This document shows, one piece after another, positions 29,731 to 43,040 of a DNA stretch of 64,000 bases (position 1 is its first letter; each line of letters starts with the position of its first letter). The notes below the pieces were generated by a model that had not been told where the DNA came from, did no database searches, and saw only the letters and a list, made by a program, of their open reading frames with translations. This DNA is from Octopus vulgaris (taxonomy: Eukaryota). The position numbers were made by a program, and so were the translations under genes. The DNA is taken from NCBI GenBank assembly GCA_951406725.2, contig OX597814.1:99696001-99760000 (forward strand). The letters are read 5' to 3'.

Positions 29731-30146
29731 TTGAAATTTACAGAAAAAGAAAAACGAAGTCAGACCTATAAACAACAAGGTGTATTACTTTGACGTTCGG
29801 GAAGGTGAGAAAATCTTTAACATTTCGAGCCTGCGCACTTCAATAGAAAGGAACACGAGCAAATAAACAGAGAGAGAATAAAAACTTTTGGAGTTAGCGG
29901 TCAATCATGGCGACTATCTGGACAAAGGTAGTAAGAGTGGAGAGCTAGGAAGAAGGGGAGACAATAAAGTATTGGTGATCCCCAAAACGAAGGTGCGTGA
30001 GCGTGTGTGCATGTGTGTGTGTCTGGATAGGGGCTGGTTACTTTGACGTGTGGATGTGTGCGTATATAAGTGGGTGCGTTTGTAATGTTTGGATGTGTGG
30101 GGATGTGAGGGTGGGTGTAGGTTTGAGGTGAGGATGTAGGGGTAAT

Positions 30147-30150
<4 letters not shown>
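29730..30150 (-). mobile_element. PLE 3'-terminus derivative between two (TA)n runs, with degenerate hammerhead at 29814-29851
   Basis: Reverse complement CTTTCTATTGAAGTGCGCAGGCTCGAAATGTTAAAGA aligns to 60764-60801. Confidence 0.65.
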
Positions 30151-30214
<64 letters not shown>

Positions 30215-30217
<3 letters not shown>

Positions 30218-30420
30218 ATACAAAATGGGACAAGAACGCAAAACATCCGGACAGCTAGGTGATACAAAAAGGGACAACAAAACATCCAGATCTATGAAAT
30301 TGCAAATGAAATTGAACTCCATCTTCAATTCCCCAGCAAGATTTCAACCGATCTTATACGCTATATGTAGGACTTTTCTATTACTTGGTTAGGACGTCTA
30401 TCTGTTCCCTCGCAGTAAGA
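30215..30420 (-). mobile_element. Repeat terminus (probable PLE derivative) abutting (TA)n
   Basis: AAAATGGGACAAGAACGCAA..TGATAC.AAAAGGGACAA is shared with 56305-56390. Confidence 0.5.
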
Positions 30421-30584
30421 ATGGATACTGGGAGAAATATTTAATCTGTAGACAAACGAATAGTAAGTTATGCCAAATGTCACACTCTACAAGAAAGAAA
30501 CTTACAACAATGAAGATATGAAAATAATAGTAATTTTTTGTGTTATAAGAGCAAGAACTGAAGCCTCATTAACGGATTCATATT

Positions 30585-30845
30585 TTATTTTAACGACCCC
30601 GAAATGATGGAAGCCAAAGAGGGCATCGGCTGGATTTGAACTCCTAACGTAAAAATAATGGTTTTTAAATGTTAGAAATTTCAAGAGGAAGGAAATTGTC
30701 AATTACATCGACACCAGTACTTGAACCCGAAAAGATGAAAAGACAAGTTGATCGCAGCAGAATTTGAACTCAGACCGTAGAGGGCCAGATTTAAATGGCG
30801 CTAGATTTTCTTCCCGACATGCTTACACATCTACCAGCTCACCAG
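30585..30845 (-). mobile_element. Diverged Meta-domain SINE pieces
   Basis: GAATTTGAACTCAG and CCCGAAAAGATGAAA, reverse complement of the family consensus. Confidence 0.6.
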
Positions 30846-31327
30846 AAAAGAAATATGTTACTGCAGAACGAAATTAAAAGAAAAATAATATAAACATACT
30901 AAATATATAAAAACCTGATGTTGAATTATATTTTCCTAACCAGTTCTACAATAATTATATGAACACTTAAAAACCAGTGATATATAATGACTTGCATCAT
31001 TAGCAAATTTCATAGGGCTGTTCCTCTATTAATGCCTGTTACTGGTTATGATTTGTCGAGGTTGAAACTTGATCAGCAGATAACAGGCGGGTGAGCTAAG
31101 GTAGTATATACTTGTGCATGCGTTGCGATGAAAATTTATGAATCATGAAGGATTCACTACTAATCTTAATCTCTAACTTGTAACAAAATCGCATTCGCTT
31201 CCTCACAAGCATTACACGCAGACGCGTACAAACATCCCAATATACACACAACCAAATTCAGATTTAAATACATGGATACATGTGTATGTATGTGTGTGTA
31301 TGCATGTGAGAATTTAAGCACGCATCA

Positions 31328-31404
<77 letters not shown>

Positions 31405-32259
31405 TACATATATATATGTGTGTGTGTGTGTGTGTCTATGGGGAGAAAAGGAGAGAGAGAGGTATATGTATACATATACATGTACGTTAGTGTGGGTGTA
31501 TATATATATATATATATATATATATCCATACACAAGCATGGGTGTGCATATATAGGCGTGTATTATCAGCCCCATACACCTGTGTATATAAGGATATATT
31601 TTCGCATATGAGTATTTGTGATCTTGCGTCGATGCGTATGAACGCGTGTATTTCTTTTGTTCTGCGTACCCCTATTCCTCGTACCTACAGTATAAAAGGT
31701 GTCTTTCATGTCATCTGATGATTGATGGGGTTATCATTATTATGCTACGACACAGCAGAAACCTGTGCTGTACACTCGCCTTTATTTCAATCCAGATCTT
31801 TAATCCTATAAAGCAATGCTGATCAGATTTAATCTCTGCATGCCTCTCAACACCACAAACATCTTATTACCCGCAACCTCCTAGAATTACCCTATTTAAG
31901 AAGAAAAGTGTAAAAAGGAGGAGAAAGAAAAGTGAGGCATAAATACGGAATAATATAAGTTCGGCGTGGATAGATTGATGGAAGAAAGAGGAAGAATAAA
32001 ATACCGTGTTTAGATCAAGCACAGCTGCATTCCCTAAATTTATTAAACAGAAAAGGATTTGATTTAAGGTTCACACATGTATACTCGTTTTAATGCACGT
32101 ACACACGGTCTCTTTCCCACTCTGTGTATACATACATACATACATACATACATGAATGCATGCATTCATGCATACATACTTACATGCATGTATATGTACA
32201 TACATACAGACAGACATACGCATATAGATCCAATATACATGCAAACACATGCATTTATG

Positions 32260-32291
32260 CTTCTACCTATATATGTATGTGTGTGTCTGTG

Positions 32292-32334
<43 letters not shown>

Positions 32335-32394
32335 ATGTATGCATGTATATATGGATATGTATGTATGTATCTATCTATGTATCTACCTATCTAT

Positions 32395-32458
<64 letters not shown>

Positions 32459-32498
32459 TATATATATCTATTTATCTATCTCTCTATCTATCTCTCTA

Positions 32499-32547
<49 letters not shown>

Positions 32548-32600
32548 CTATCCATCCTATCTATCTATCTATCTATCTCTCTGTCTACCTATCTATTTCT

Positions 32601-32680
<80 letters not shown>
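32260..32680. repeat. (TA)/(TG)/(TATC)/(TC) compound microsatellite
   Basis: Direct runs that explain ORFs 32077-32793. Confidence 0.95.
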
Positions 32681-32682
<2 letters not shown>

Positions 32683-33038
32683 ACTTTTAATATAATCTGG
32701 GTAAAGAAATCTTGTAGTGTTCTTTCCAAATCTCTTCAACCGAATACTATCATGCAGAAGGGATTCTCCTGTCAGTGGATATACATCCTTTAATTTCATA
32801 CAAAAATAACAAGCGAAGATCGATTGGGCACGCTTTATTACATAACACTAAAATCGTTGCTACATATGACTACACATGACTATCTGCTTCACATTGCTGA
32901 ATAATATACATATTATAAACAATAGACTGTGCTAAAATGCTATTTAATTCTAGTAGGTGCATTTTGTTAGGTGAGAATTGTAATTGTAGTAATGAACACA
33001 GTGTGTTGCTTATAATAGAAGAAAAAAAAATTCAGTAA

Positions 33039-33440
33039 GGCGTTGCCCTAGCAGAACCGTTTGCACGCCTGTCAAAATGCTTAGCGGTATTTCGTCTGCC
33101 GTTACGTTCTGAGTTCAAATTCCGCCGAGGTCGACTTTGCCTTTCATCCTTTCGGGGTCGATAAATTAAGGACCAGTTACGCACTGGGGTCGATATAATC
33201 GACTTAATCTGTTTGTCTGTCCTTGTTTGTCCTCTCTGTGTTTAGCCCCTTGTGGGTAGTAAAGAAATAGAAATAGTTATTTCGTCCGTCTTTCCGTTCT
33301 GGGTTTATATTTCCGCTGAAGTCGACTTTGTAAGTTATTTTATGGGAACGATAAATTAATTATCAGTTGAATACTGGGGTCGACGTATTCCACTAACTCC
33401 GTCCCACAAAATTGTTGACCTCACTCCGAAATTTGAAACT
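33039..33440 (+). mobile_element. Meta-domain SINE with a second tandem body
   Basis: High similarity to the copies at 4086 and 34117. Confidence 0.85.
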
Positions 33441-33441
33441 A

Positions 33442-33486
<45 letters not shown>

Positions 33487-33993
33487 TTTTATCAACAAAT
33501 GAAACTATTAGTAGCGCTTTAATACATGTATTGTGACCTTTAAATAAATAATATGTGTGCGTGTGTGTGTATGTATGTATATATGAATGAATATATGTAT
33601 GTATATATGTATGTATGTGTGTGTGAGTGAGTGTGTGTATGTGCTTGTTTCTATGTGTATATATGCGTGCATTATCAATAATAAGAATATAGAGTAAAAT
33701 TAATTAATTAATTAATTAATTAATAATTAATAATTTTACCAAGTAGTTCGGTATGTTAAAAGAACCATTATCGGTAAACTTATACATAAAATTTTATAAT
33801 TATGAGTATAATTATAATTAGGGTTCAGCAAAAATTTGTTTCACCACATACCGAAATTTAGAAATAACAGTTAAAACAAACTACCATAAGAAAATCTGAG
33901 CAGGTGTGGTCACCCTTTAACCTCACAGTCATTCGTCTGTGTATCGTCCTCTGTTTTGTGTTCGGCCCTGGTGGCCAATAAAGAAAGTATCAA

Positions 33994-34116
<123 letters not shown>

Positions 34117-34695
34117 GGCGGCGAGCTGGCAGAATCATTAGCACGCCGGGCGAAATGCGTAGCCGTATTTCGTCTGCCGTTACATTCTGAGTTCAAATTC
34201 CGCCGAGGTCGACTTTGCCTTCCATCCTTTCGGGGTCGATAAATCAAGTACCAATTAATCACTGGGATCGGTATAATCGACTTAATCTGTTTGTCTATAC
34301 TTGTTTGTCCTCTCTGTGTTTTGCCTCTTATGGGTAGTTAAGAAATAGGTATTTCATCTGCCGCTACGTTCTGAGTTCAAATTCCGCCGAGGTCGATTTT
34401 GCCTTTCATTCTTTCGGGATCAATTAAATAAGTACCAGTTACGCACTGAGGTCGATATAGTCGACTTAATCCGTTTGTCTGTCCTTGTTTGTCCTCTCTG
34501 TGTTTAGCCCCTTGGGGGCAGTAAAGAAATAGGTATTTCATTTGTCTTTACGTTCTGAGTTCAAATTCCGCCAAGGTCGACTTTTCCTTTCATCCATTCG
34601 GTATCACTGAATTAAGTGAAACACACTCGGGCCGATGTAATCAACTAGTGCCCCTCCGCCAAACTTCCAGGATTTGTGTCTTTCGTAGGAAGTAT
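34117..34695 (+). mobile_element. Meta-domain SINE with three tandem bodies, after (ATT)n
   Basis: Head GGCGGCGAGCTGGCAGAATC. Bodies restart at GTATTTC ~34350 and ~34532. Confidence 0.88.
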
Positions 34696-34714
34696 TATTA
34701 TTATTATTTTACCG

Positions 34715-35585
34715 TTCATCACAAGTTTTGTCGGAGTTCCTGGGGTCTTGCATGCGTAGCAGGCTTACTACCTGCAATCTACGGTACCATGGTATTCGTT
34801 CTTTTCAGCTAATACTTTCCTGATTATTCTGGCCGTGACAAAGAGGCAAATCTTTTATTACAGCTCTACTGTGCCCTCTATTCCAATTTCCTTTTTATTC
34901 CTCTTAATGCCTTCTGATACTGTACCCAGGACCCAACAATAATTGGTACTATCTTCACCTCCATTTTCATTGGCCGGTTTATTTCGTATTTAAGAGTGTT
35001 GTATCTATCTACCTTTTGCCTTCCTTCTTGAGTATTCGTGGATCAAAGGAGCATATAACATCAGCTATTTCGCATATGTGGTGTACCTTGTTCACCACCA
35101 CTAAGTCCGGTCTCTTATGCTCTAGCACGTGATCTTTTTGGATTGGGAAATCCTAGAGGATGTTGCTAGTCTCCGACTCTCTGAAGTTTGTGCTCATACA
35201 ACGTCTAGCCTCTCTCTAGCCTCCGCTTTTCGCACAATTCCCAATGTAACACTTTCGCTACATAGTCGTCCCGTCACAGCCTGTAGTGGTTTTGAGCAAG
35301 TCTAGGGCATTCGTTTGTGATATGGGCAATGGTTTCACCCACTCTATTGCAGATACGGCACAACGGAGACACTTGTTCATTCCTCATCCCTCCAGTTCTT
35401 GACCAAAGTTTGATCCTGCGCTGCCAGTATAGTGCTCTTGGTTTCTTTTTTTAGGGTTCCTTTCATCAGCCAATTCCACCAACTTCTTTTGTGACTACTT
35501 TGAATGGATTGTGTAGTCCCTTCTTGCGTAATTCTTCTTCGTGTCCTTTTTGTACTTCTTCCCTTATTTTCCCTTACTCCTCTGC
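34715..35585 (-). mobile_element. Degraded 5'-truncated R4/Dong-type element
   Basis: LKKETKSTILAAQDQ, CRICx7HITNEC, LHWELC and KRPDLVVV on the minus strand. Its 5' flank is an (AAT)n(AAG)n tract and its 3' flank is (AAT)n. Confidence 0.82.
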
Positions 35586-35587
35586 TC

Positions 35588-35719
35588 ATTATTATTATTA
35601 TTATTGTTCTTCTTCTTTTTCTTCTTCTTCTTCTTTTTCTTCTTCTTCTTCTTCTTCTTCTTCTTCTTCTTCTTCTTCTTCTTCTTCTTCTTCTTCTTCT
35701 TCTTCTTCTTCTCATTATT

Positions 35720-35787
<68 letters not shown>

Positions 35788-35850
35788 CATCATCATCATC
35801 ATCATCATCATTATTATTATTATTACTATTATTATTAGTAGTAGTATTAT
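35588..35850. repeat. (CTT)n/(ATT)n/(CAT)n compound tract
   Basis: Direct trinucleotide runs. Confidence 0.95.
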
Positions 35851-35852
35851 TA

Positions 35853-36268
35853 GTGGCTATGTGGTAAGTAGCTTGCTTACCAACCAGATAGTTCCGCGTT
35901 CAGTCCCACTGCGTGGCATCTTGGGCAAGTGTCTTCTACTATAGCCTCGGGACGGCCAAGGCCTTGTGAGTGGATTTGGCAGACGGAAACTGAAAGAAAC
36001 CCGTCGTATATATGTATATATGTGTGTGTGTGTGTGTGTGCGTGTGCGTACGTGTGTGTGTATGTTTGTGTGTCTGAGTTTGTTACCACAACATCGCTTG
36101 ACAACTGCCACTGCTGTATTTACCTCCCCGTAACTTAGCGGTTCGGCAAAAGATCCGATAAAATAAGTACTAGGCTTACAAAGAATAAGTCCTGGGGTCG
36201 ATTTGCTCGACTAAAGCCGGTGCTCCAGCATGGCCGCAGTCAAATGACTGTAACATGTAAGAAGAGAG

Positions 36269-36270
<2 letters not shown>
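35853..36270 (+). mobile_element. tRNA-derived SINE with CORE-like segment and internal (TA)/(TG) microsatellite
   Basis: TGGCTATGTGGTAAG head, GTTCAGTCCC B-box, TTGGGCAAGTGTCTT, internal (TG)n, and tail GGTGCTCCAGCATGGCCGCAGTCAAATGACTG. Confidence 0.88.
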
Positions 36271-36345
<75 letters not shown>

Positions 36346-36444
36346 TCCTTCATGCAGTAATCTGTCTCGAAGCATGTTCAGGCTTCATGTGTCCGGTAGT
36401 ATTTTGAGGCCGTTAACGTCGACAATATTTACTGTTAAATACAA

Positions 36445-36620
36445 CACGACAAAATGCTTAGCGACATTTCATCTGTCTTTGTGTTCTGAGTACAAATTCT
36501 ACCGAGGTTGACTTTGCCTTCTATCCTTTCGTGGTTAATAACATGGGTACTAGTTGATCACTGGCCTCAATGTAATCGATTTATCTCCTCTCTCTTAATT
36601 AGCGGCCTTGTACCATTATT
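36445..36620 (+). mobile_element. Diverged Meta-domain SINE
   Basis: AAATGCTTAGCG..TTCTGAG..CCGAGGTTGACTTTGCCTT. Confidence 0.65.
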
Positions 36621-38185
36621 TACTGTTACATATTGGTGAACGAAAATCGTTGTAGAGTGTCTAAGGCGATAAGAACTAAATTCAGTACTCTTTAGCTGAC
36701 CTATATCGCAGCCTAAATATCATCTCCAGATTTGAATTTAGCTCTTGTCTCTTTGGCGTCGATAAAACGCCATATATCCATCACCTAGATATGTTAGTAC
36801 AACAACTTGTTCTCGATTGAAGCTGACTTAAGTAAAGGTTTTTCCTTTTCTTAAACTAATATATATTTTGCTTAGAATCGGTATCATAGCGACTGAATTT
36901 TGTGAAAGGCGTGGTTATTGCTAGTAAGTAACATGCATATTAATCTAAATGATATTTATTTGAAAAATAGCAATTTAATTCTATGAACTATTTTAAAACT
37001 TTCTAATTTGTAAGCGTTATTTACTTTAATAATTCTCCAATAATTTCCCTGTGCCAAGGGACAAGATCACTTTCTATTAGGTTTACTGGTTATTATGTTG
37101 CTTTCTTAATTAATGAAATTGAATTCTAGTGCAATGAACCGTTTGTCTGATGCTGCTGTTCGAAAGAGATAGCATGTGTTTGCTTGAAATATTTTCATGA
37201 TCGAAGTCACTAATGGAAATATAATATGAACGATTAAACGTAAACGAATCAGAAAAAAAAAAAACAACAGAAAACAGAGAAATAAATAAATCCTCAACGA
37301 TGATGCATGATACATACATTATAACTAAGCTTAGGTGTATACTGAATCAGAATTCTAAGGCTTAACTTTCCGTTAAGTCTTCAGTCAGTGTATGTGGCCA
37401 TTTCTGAGAGAACGCAGGATATATCTACTACATAAAATTGCACTAAGACGTATATCTCTCATAAAATTATCAAACGAATGCAGTTTATTGTAATGTAACA
37501 AACGCTATTTTTCCTTCTTTTTTTTATGTAAAAAATTACTGAAGGATTGGCAGTCACTCGAAACGGAAAAGAAATGCTTCTGTATACTGCACATTGTAAA
37601 CGCATGAGCATGAATTAATATGTGAGATATTGTTGTTTTACTGAGTAACAGAGTCTACCAAATTTACGGTAGACATCATTCTTGCGCATCATTGCTTCCC
37701 AACCAGCTTATATGATGTTTAAAGCATATATCTGAATTTTTAGGTGGTTTGTAATAAATGAGTTATAGGTTGAAGGTGGTCAATGCCTGAGAGTTTACTT
37801 CCGCTTCCAAATTCTATGTGGCAACAGAGTTTCTTTGTGTTTCGTATTTTCATTCCGTCATGCAAGTACGTTTGGAATATCCTGCAGAAAAGCTATTGAA
37901 ACACCGTTTAAGAAGTGTGTTGTTTATGGCTGAGCTGTTGTATTTAAAGAGTGTATATAAAATACGTATAGCGTGTACTACAATCATCTTCAAAGTAAAT
38001 GCATATAAGTAGTAGCATTGCTATACATTCTATATTTCAGTAAGTACTAAGATTCAAATATGCATTGACTTAATGCATATTATACTCTATACCATGCTAA
38101 TGTTTATTCAGTGAAACAATCCTCTGATATAAAATATGAGAGCACATATCATTTAAAGTATGTATAATGATAAACATGTAGTCCT

Positions 38186-38223
<38 letters not shown>

Positions 38224-40383
38224 GAAAGTAATTTCCAATATCTCTTAGAATATTACACATATTTCCATTTAACTACTTCTTCGATAAAGCGATTAAAGCA
38301 AGAATCATGAAAATCTTCCGGCATATGTGTGGATGTCCGTGTGAAACTAATACAGCCGCTTTTAGCACTAAACTAGCGAGAATATATATTAAAAAGAAAA
38401 AAATTCTTCTGGCATATAACACATACCAGCACAAAATAATTTTCGCAAAATGAAAAATACCTAGAACTTCGATTAAGCATTTCAGGAGTGCATATGTGAT
38501 ATCCAAGAATTCTTTTTGATTCAAGAGGTATTTCATTTCGCTTATACAGCAAATATCATTGAGAATGACATGAATATTACATCTCTCCAATCGTCTTTTC
38601 TATGGGCTGCTATGAGAAATTAATACTGCCGAGTGGGATTTGTATGTGAAACAGGTTACTTAATGGTAGTTTCGTTTTGTTGAAGATTGAAAGTAGTATA
38701 CAAAATAAATAAACAAATGTATGCGTATAATGTCGTTCGAAATGTCACCTCACGAATGATATTGGTTTTAAAATTGTTTGGTTATTGTCAAGATGGACGA
38801 TGTGATTAAGAATAATTCAACCAAAATGAAATGGAAAAAAAATTTAATAAAGAAAAGAAGGTCAGATATAGTGTATAAAGAAATAGAAAGTAGGGTTAAT
38901 GCTAGAGGGCATATGTTTACCTTTACGTTGACCGGCAGAAAATATCTTAAAAATTAATTAATTTTCATTGACAACAATATAATCTTGATGTATCGATGTT
39001 TCTGCCTGTAAAGTTATCAGAGCTTAAACAAAACGCTGCCATGAATACAAATTTGGTAAAGAAGTAATGGGAAAGAATGCGAGAAAAAATAACAAAAGCA
39101 AAACAAGCCAAAATCTTGTTACCATATATATTTTGCGAATCAGTCACATTACGTAGCTATATCTAGAGAGTATATTGAGACCGGATAATAGAACCATAAT
39201 CGATATTACCGTGAGAATGTTTAGTATGGCTTCTTCGGAAAATCAGGTTTGATATAGGCATAAACACACTCTTCCTACATATATAGTAAACGCAAACATA
39301 TATATTTAAACTCACATATTTTCGAACGTGGTCACCCATATATACTGATCTATATATACACATGTAAACATCAACAGAGATTTCTTTTTAAGCTCTTCTA
39401 TTTCACGTTCATTATATTTTCTGGAGGGGAGGGGAGGTAGAAGCCATGAAGAGTAAAATTAGAAGAAAAATAATGAAAACGGTAAAAAGAATATAAAAAG
39501 AAAACGCAGAAGCAACCGTATTAACAACTACAACAATAAAGTTGCATTCGATTATATACAACAGTAATAGTATAAAAAGAAACAAAATGAAAGTAAAATC
39601 ACACAAATAATATAAAAATCAAAAACGAAAATCACTTAAATGTAGGAGGCTAGAATACAAAGAAGCGAAAGTGGTAGTTCTACAACAAAAGACTCTAAGT
39701 ATGATGAAAAATCATTTGTGACCTACGAATAAGCTGAGGAACACATCTATAAACATCTATAGAACTCTTATATCCTTCTTTTAAATTTCTTTATGACAGT
39801 TCGGTCTTTTTTTTTGTTGCTTTTTTGTAATTTTCTTCTTTAGTTATTATGGTTGTTTCCTTGTGTAACAATGTATAGAGCAAAGTATTTCACCGGAACT
39901 ATTCTTCTCTTATTTTTCTTCTTTGAAACGTTCATATTTCTTCCATTTAGTTTATAAGTGACACACTTCATCTTTCTGTCCCTCAGCTTACCTCCCTAAC
40001 TACCTGAGCATCTAACTAGTAATAGCTTGGCTAACTGTCATTTGAACACATATTCTCTCCCAACTCACTCTCTTGTTTTCCTTCTCTCCCCCCTCTCTCT
40101 CTCATATTTGTATGTGTCTGTGTGTATGTATATATTCATGTATGTATATACACGTCTATAATATCGTCATCTTTTCTCTACACACTGACGTACACTTAGG
40201 TACCAGCATACATACATACACACACATGCACACAAATACATATGCATACATACCTATATACATATATATATATATATATATATAAGTATGTATATGTGTA
40301 TGCTTGTGTGTATGTATATATATATTACTTCTATAGATACATATGTGTATATATATGTGTGTGTGTGTGTGTGCATACACACA

Positions 40384-40414
<31 letters not shown>

Positions 40415-41167
40415 AGACACAAACACACATACACACATATTCAAGAGCGTGTGCTTGTTCGTATGTAAATATTCGAGAGAGTTTAGTTTGGTAGCTACCA
40501 ATCGCCTTGTTGGACATGAACCTGCTTTTTCTTATATTAATGAACAATAGAATCTAAAGTTGTTTGCAATGGTGTCTTCGAATCTTTTATATTATAATTA
40601 TTTCCACATTTATTGTATAGGCAATTGTATCACTTAACCTCTTTACCAGCCTTCTTCATCTAATTGTTCTCATACTTTCAAATGTATACAAGGTGCTGCA
40701 TAGCTGTGTCGTTTCAGTAGTTCACGTTACAAGTGCGTGGTTCGGAGCTTTCTCTAAATCGGTGGCGCACTGGGTGAGTTTTTTTCTACTATAACCTTAT
40801 ATTGCCCAGTGATTTGTAAGTGGAATTAGGTTGACGGAAATTTTGGGCTGAAACTCCAAGTCAGCAATTGTAGGAGAGTGTTTAGCCGGAGAGAACTTCA
40901 AAAGGCCCTCATTGTGGGAAGGATGGGCTAGACAACGTGATTAGTTCAGAGCGCTAATAGGTATTGATAGAACATACTCGAGTATGAAGGGAAGGCCTTA
41001 TAATGAAGAGGAGATGACATAATAGTAACAGTAGAAAAAAGCAGTAAGAGTAGACTGAGCGCCTATTGGGCGGAAAATGAGGTATGTTTATAAGTGAATC
41101 TATATCAACCGCACCGGTTACTCTTTTCTGCATATAGGACCGGATGACTATGTGAGAACAATAGTCC

Positions 41168-41360
41168 AGCTGGCAGAATCGTTAGCACTCTGAGTAAAAT
41201 GCTTAGCGGCCTTTCGTCCGTCTTTACGTTCTGAGTTCAAATTCCGAGGTCTGATTTTGCCTTCTATACTTTCGGGGGCAATAAAATAAATACCAGTTAT
41301 ACTCTGAGCTCGATGCACTCGAAATACCCACCTCTTCAGAAGTTGCCGGCCAAATCTGAA
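41168..41360 (+). mobile_element. Diverged Meta-domain SINE
   Basis: AGCTGGCAGAATCGTTAGCAC..TTACGTTCTGAGTTCAAATTCCG. Confidence 0.75.
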
Positions 41361-41402
41361 TGCCGATAATACATTGCATGCCTCACCTCTTCTTCCTCTC
41401 TT

Positions 41403-41447
<45 letters not shown>

Positions 41448-41486
41448 ATTTCTATCTCCCATTCTCTCTTTATATATATGTGTATG

Positions 41487-41534
<48 letters not shown>

Positions 41535-42194
41535 TACATACTTACACATATAGCTAGTTAGCTAGAAAGAGAAATAAGCAGATATGTAGATAGATAGATA
41601 GATAGAGAGAGAGTTGGAGAGTTGGAGGTATACGTCTATTGGAGGTATACGTCTATTATCTATCTGCTCACAACACATCCACATACCTACCTACCTACAT
41701 ACATATATACATACAGGCATACCAAATTTATGGATCATAGAAATAGCGTCTAATGTCAAAATTGATAAATATAGAGAGAGAGACATACGTTTGTTTGAGT
41801 CAATGTTTGTAGGATGTTAACCTTACTTCATAAGTCTCTTTATATACAACCTGTCGATGCTGAGTGCGTCCAGTTTCAACAATAGCAGCTCACCAGTTTC
41901 TTTAGAAAATAATAATGCATCAATAGACTTACACATGGTTGCTCCACTGTGATTGATGGACCTGGTAAAGTGTATATCATGGGCTCCGGTATTTATACAG
42001 AAGTGGCTAGAGTTGAAAAGCCGGGCATGTCAAGTGGGTCTGGCTGGAAATGGTATATGTTAGCTATTTCAAAGAAACAAACGTGTGGCGGGTGTAGTAG
42101 AGGACAAATTTAAGTGACAAGGCAACTTCGAGGGAAAAGTTCTTTTGAGGATGAATTTTAAAGAGGGTTTTTTATGAATGACAGTAATAACGAT

Positions 42195-42405
42195 TTCAAA
42201 ATTTGGTACAAGGCCAGCAGTTTTTAGGGAGGGGATGACTCGATTACATTAACCCCAGTGCTTAACTGCTATATACTTTGTCGACTCCCGAAGAATAAAA
42301 AGCAAAAAGTCGACCTGGACGGAACTTGAATTCAGAGAGTAAATAGTCCATATAGCGCTGAGCATTTTACCAGTTGTGCCATCGATTCTGCCAGCTCACT
42401 GCCCT
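42195..42405 (-). mobile_element. Diverged Meta-domain SINE
   Basis: GATTCTGCCAGCTCAC is the reverse complement of the family head. Confidence 0.65.
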
Positions 42406-42599
42406 TATTATTTGCAGTAATAATATCCAGTGTGCTTAATACTAATCTTGTTGATACTTGAGAATAATTAATTATGGTGTCATTAATTACTTGATTTATG
42501 AATGTATGCATTTATATTACAATTACGCAATTATGAAACATTGCAATTATTAATTTTTAATTATGCAACTATTGCTTTTTGTGTTTGTGTATATCTTTT

Positions 42600-42856
42600 C
42601 TCTTTTACTTATTTCAGCCATTTGACTGCGGCTATACGGGAGCAAACCCTTCTTGGGTATTAGTCGAATGAATTGACCCCTGTACGTCCGACTTTTAAAA
42701 GCTAGTGCAGATTCTACTGGACTCCTATAGAGATCCGCTATGTTACAGGGATGTAAACAAGCCTACATCGTTTGTCAGGCAGTGGGAATGGATAAACAAA
42801 CACAAAGACACGCACGCATGCGCGCGCGCACACACACACACACGCACGAACACACA

Positions 42857-42904
<48 letters not shown>

Positions 42905-43040
42905 TACACATGCACACAATGGATTCCAAAGGTTTCTGTCAACCAAATCTACTAACAAAGCTTTGGTCTCCACGGGGTTATTGTAGGGGACACTTGCCTA
43001 ACAAGTTACACAGTGGGATTAAATCCAGAGCTATGGGGCT
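42600..43040 (-). mobile_element. Microsatellite-containing SINE (35853 family)
   Basis: TTTCAG.CATTTGACTGCGGC tail, internal (CA)n, ACCAAATCTACT.ACAA.GCTTTGGTC. Confidence 0.75.

Noticed and set aside
41614-41658. Short tandem duplication TTGGAGGTATACGTCTA
   Set aside because: Two-copy local slippage duplication with no further structure.
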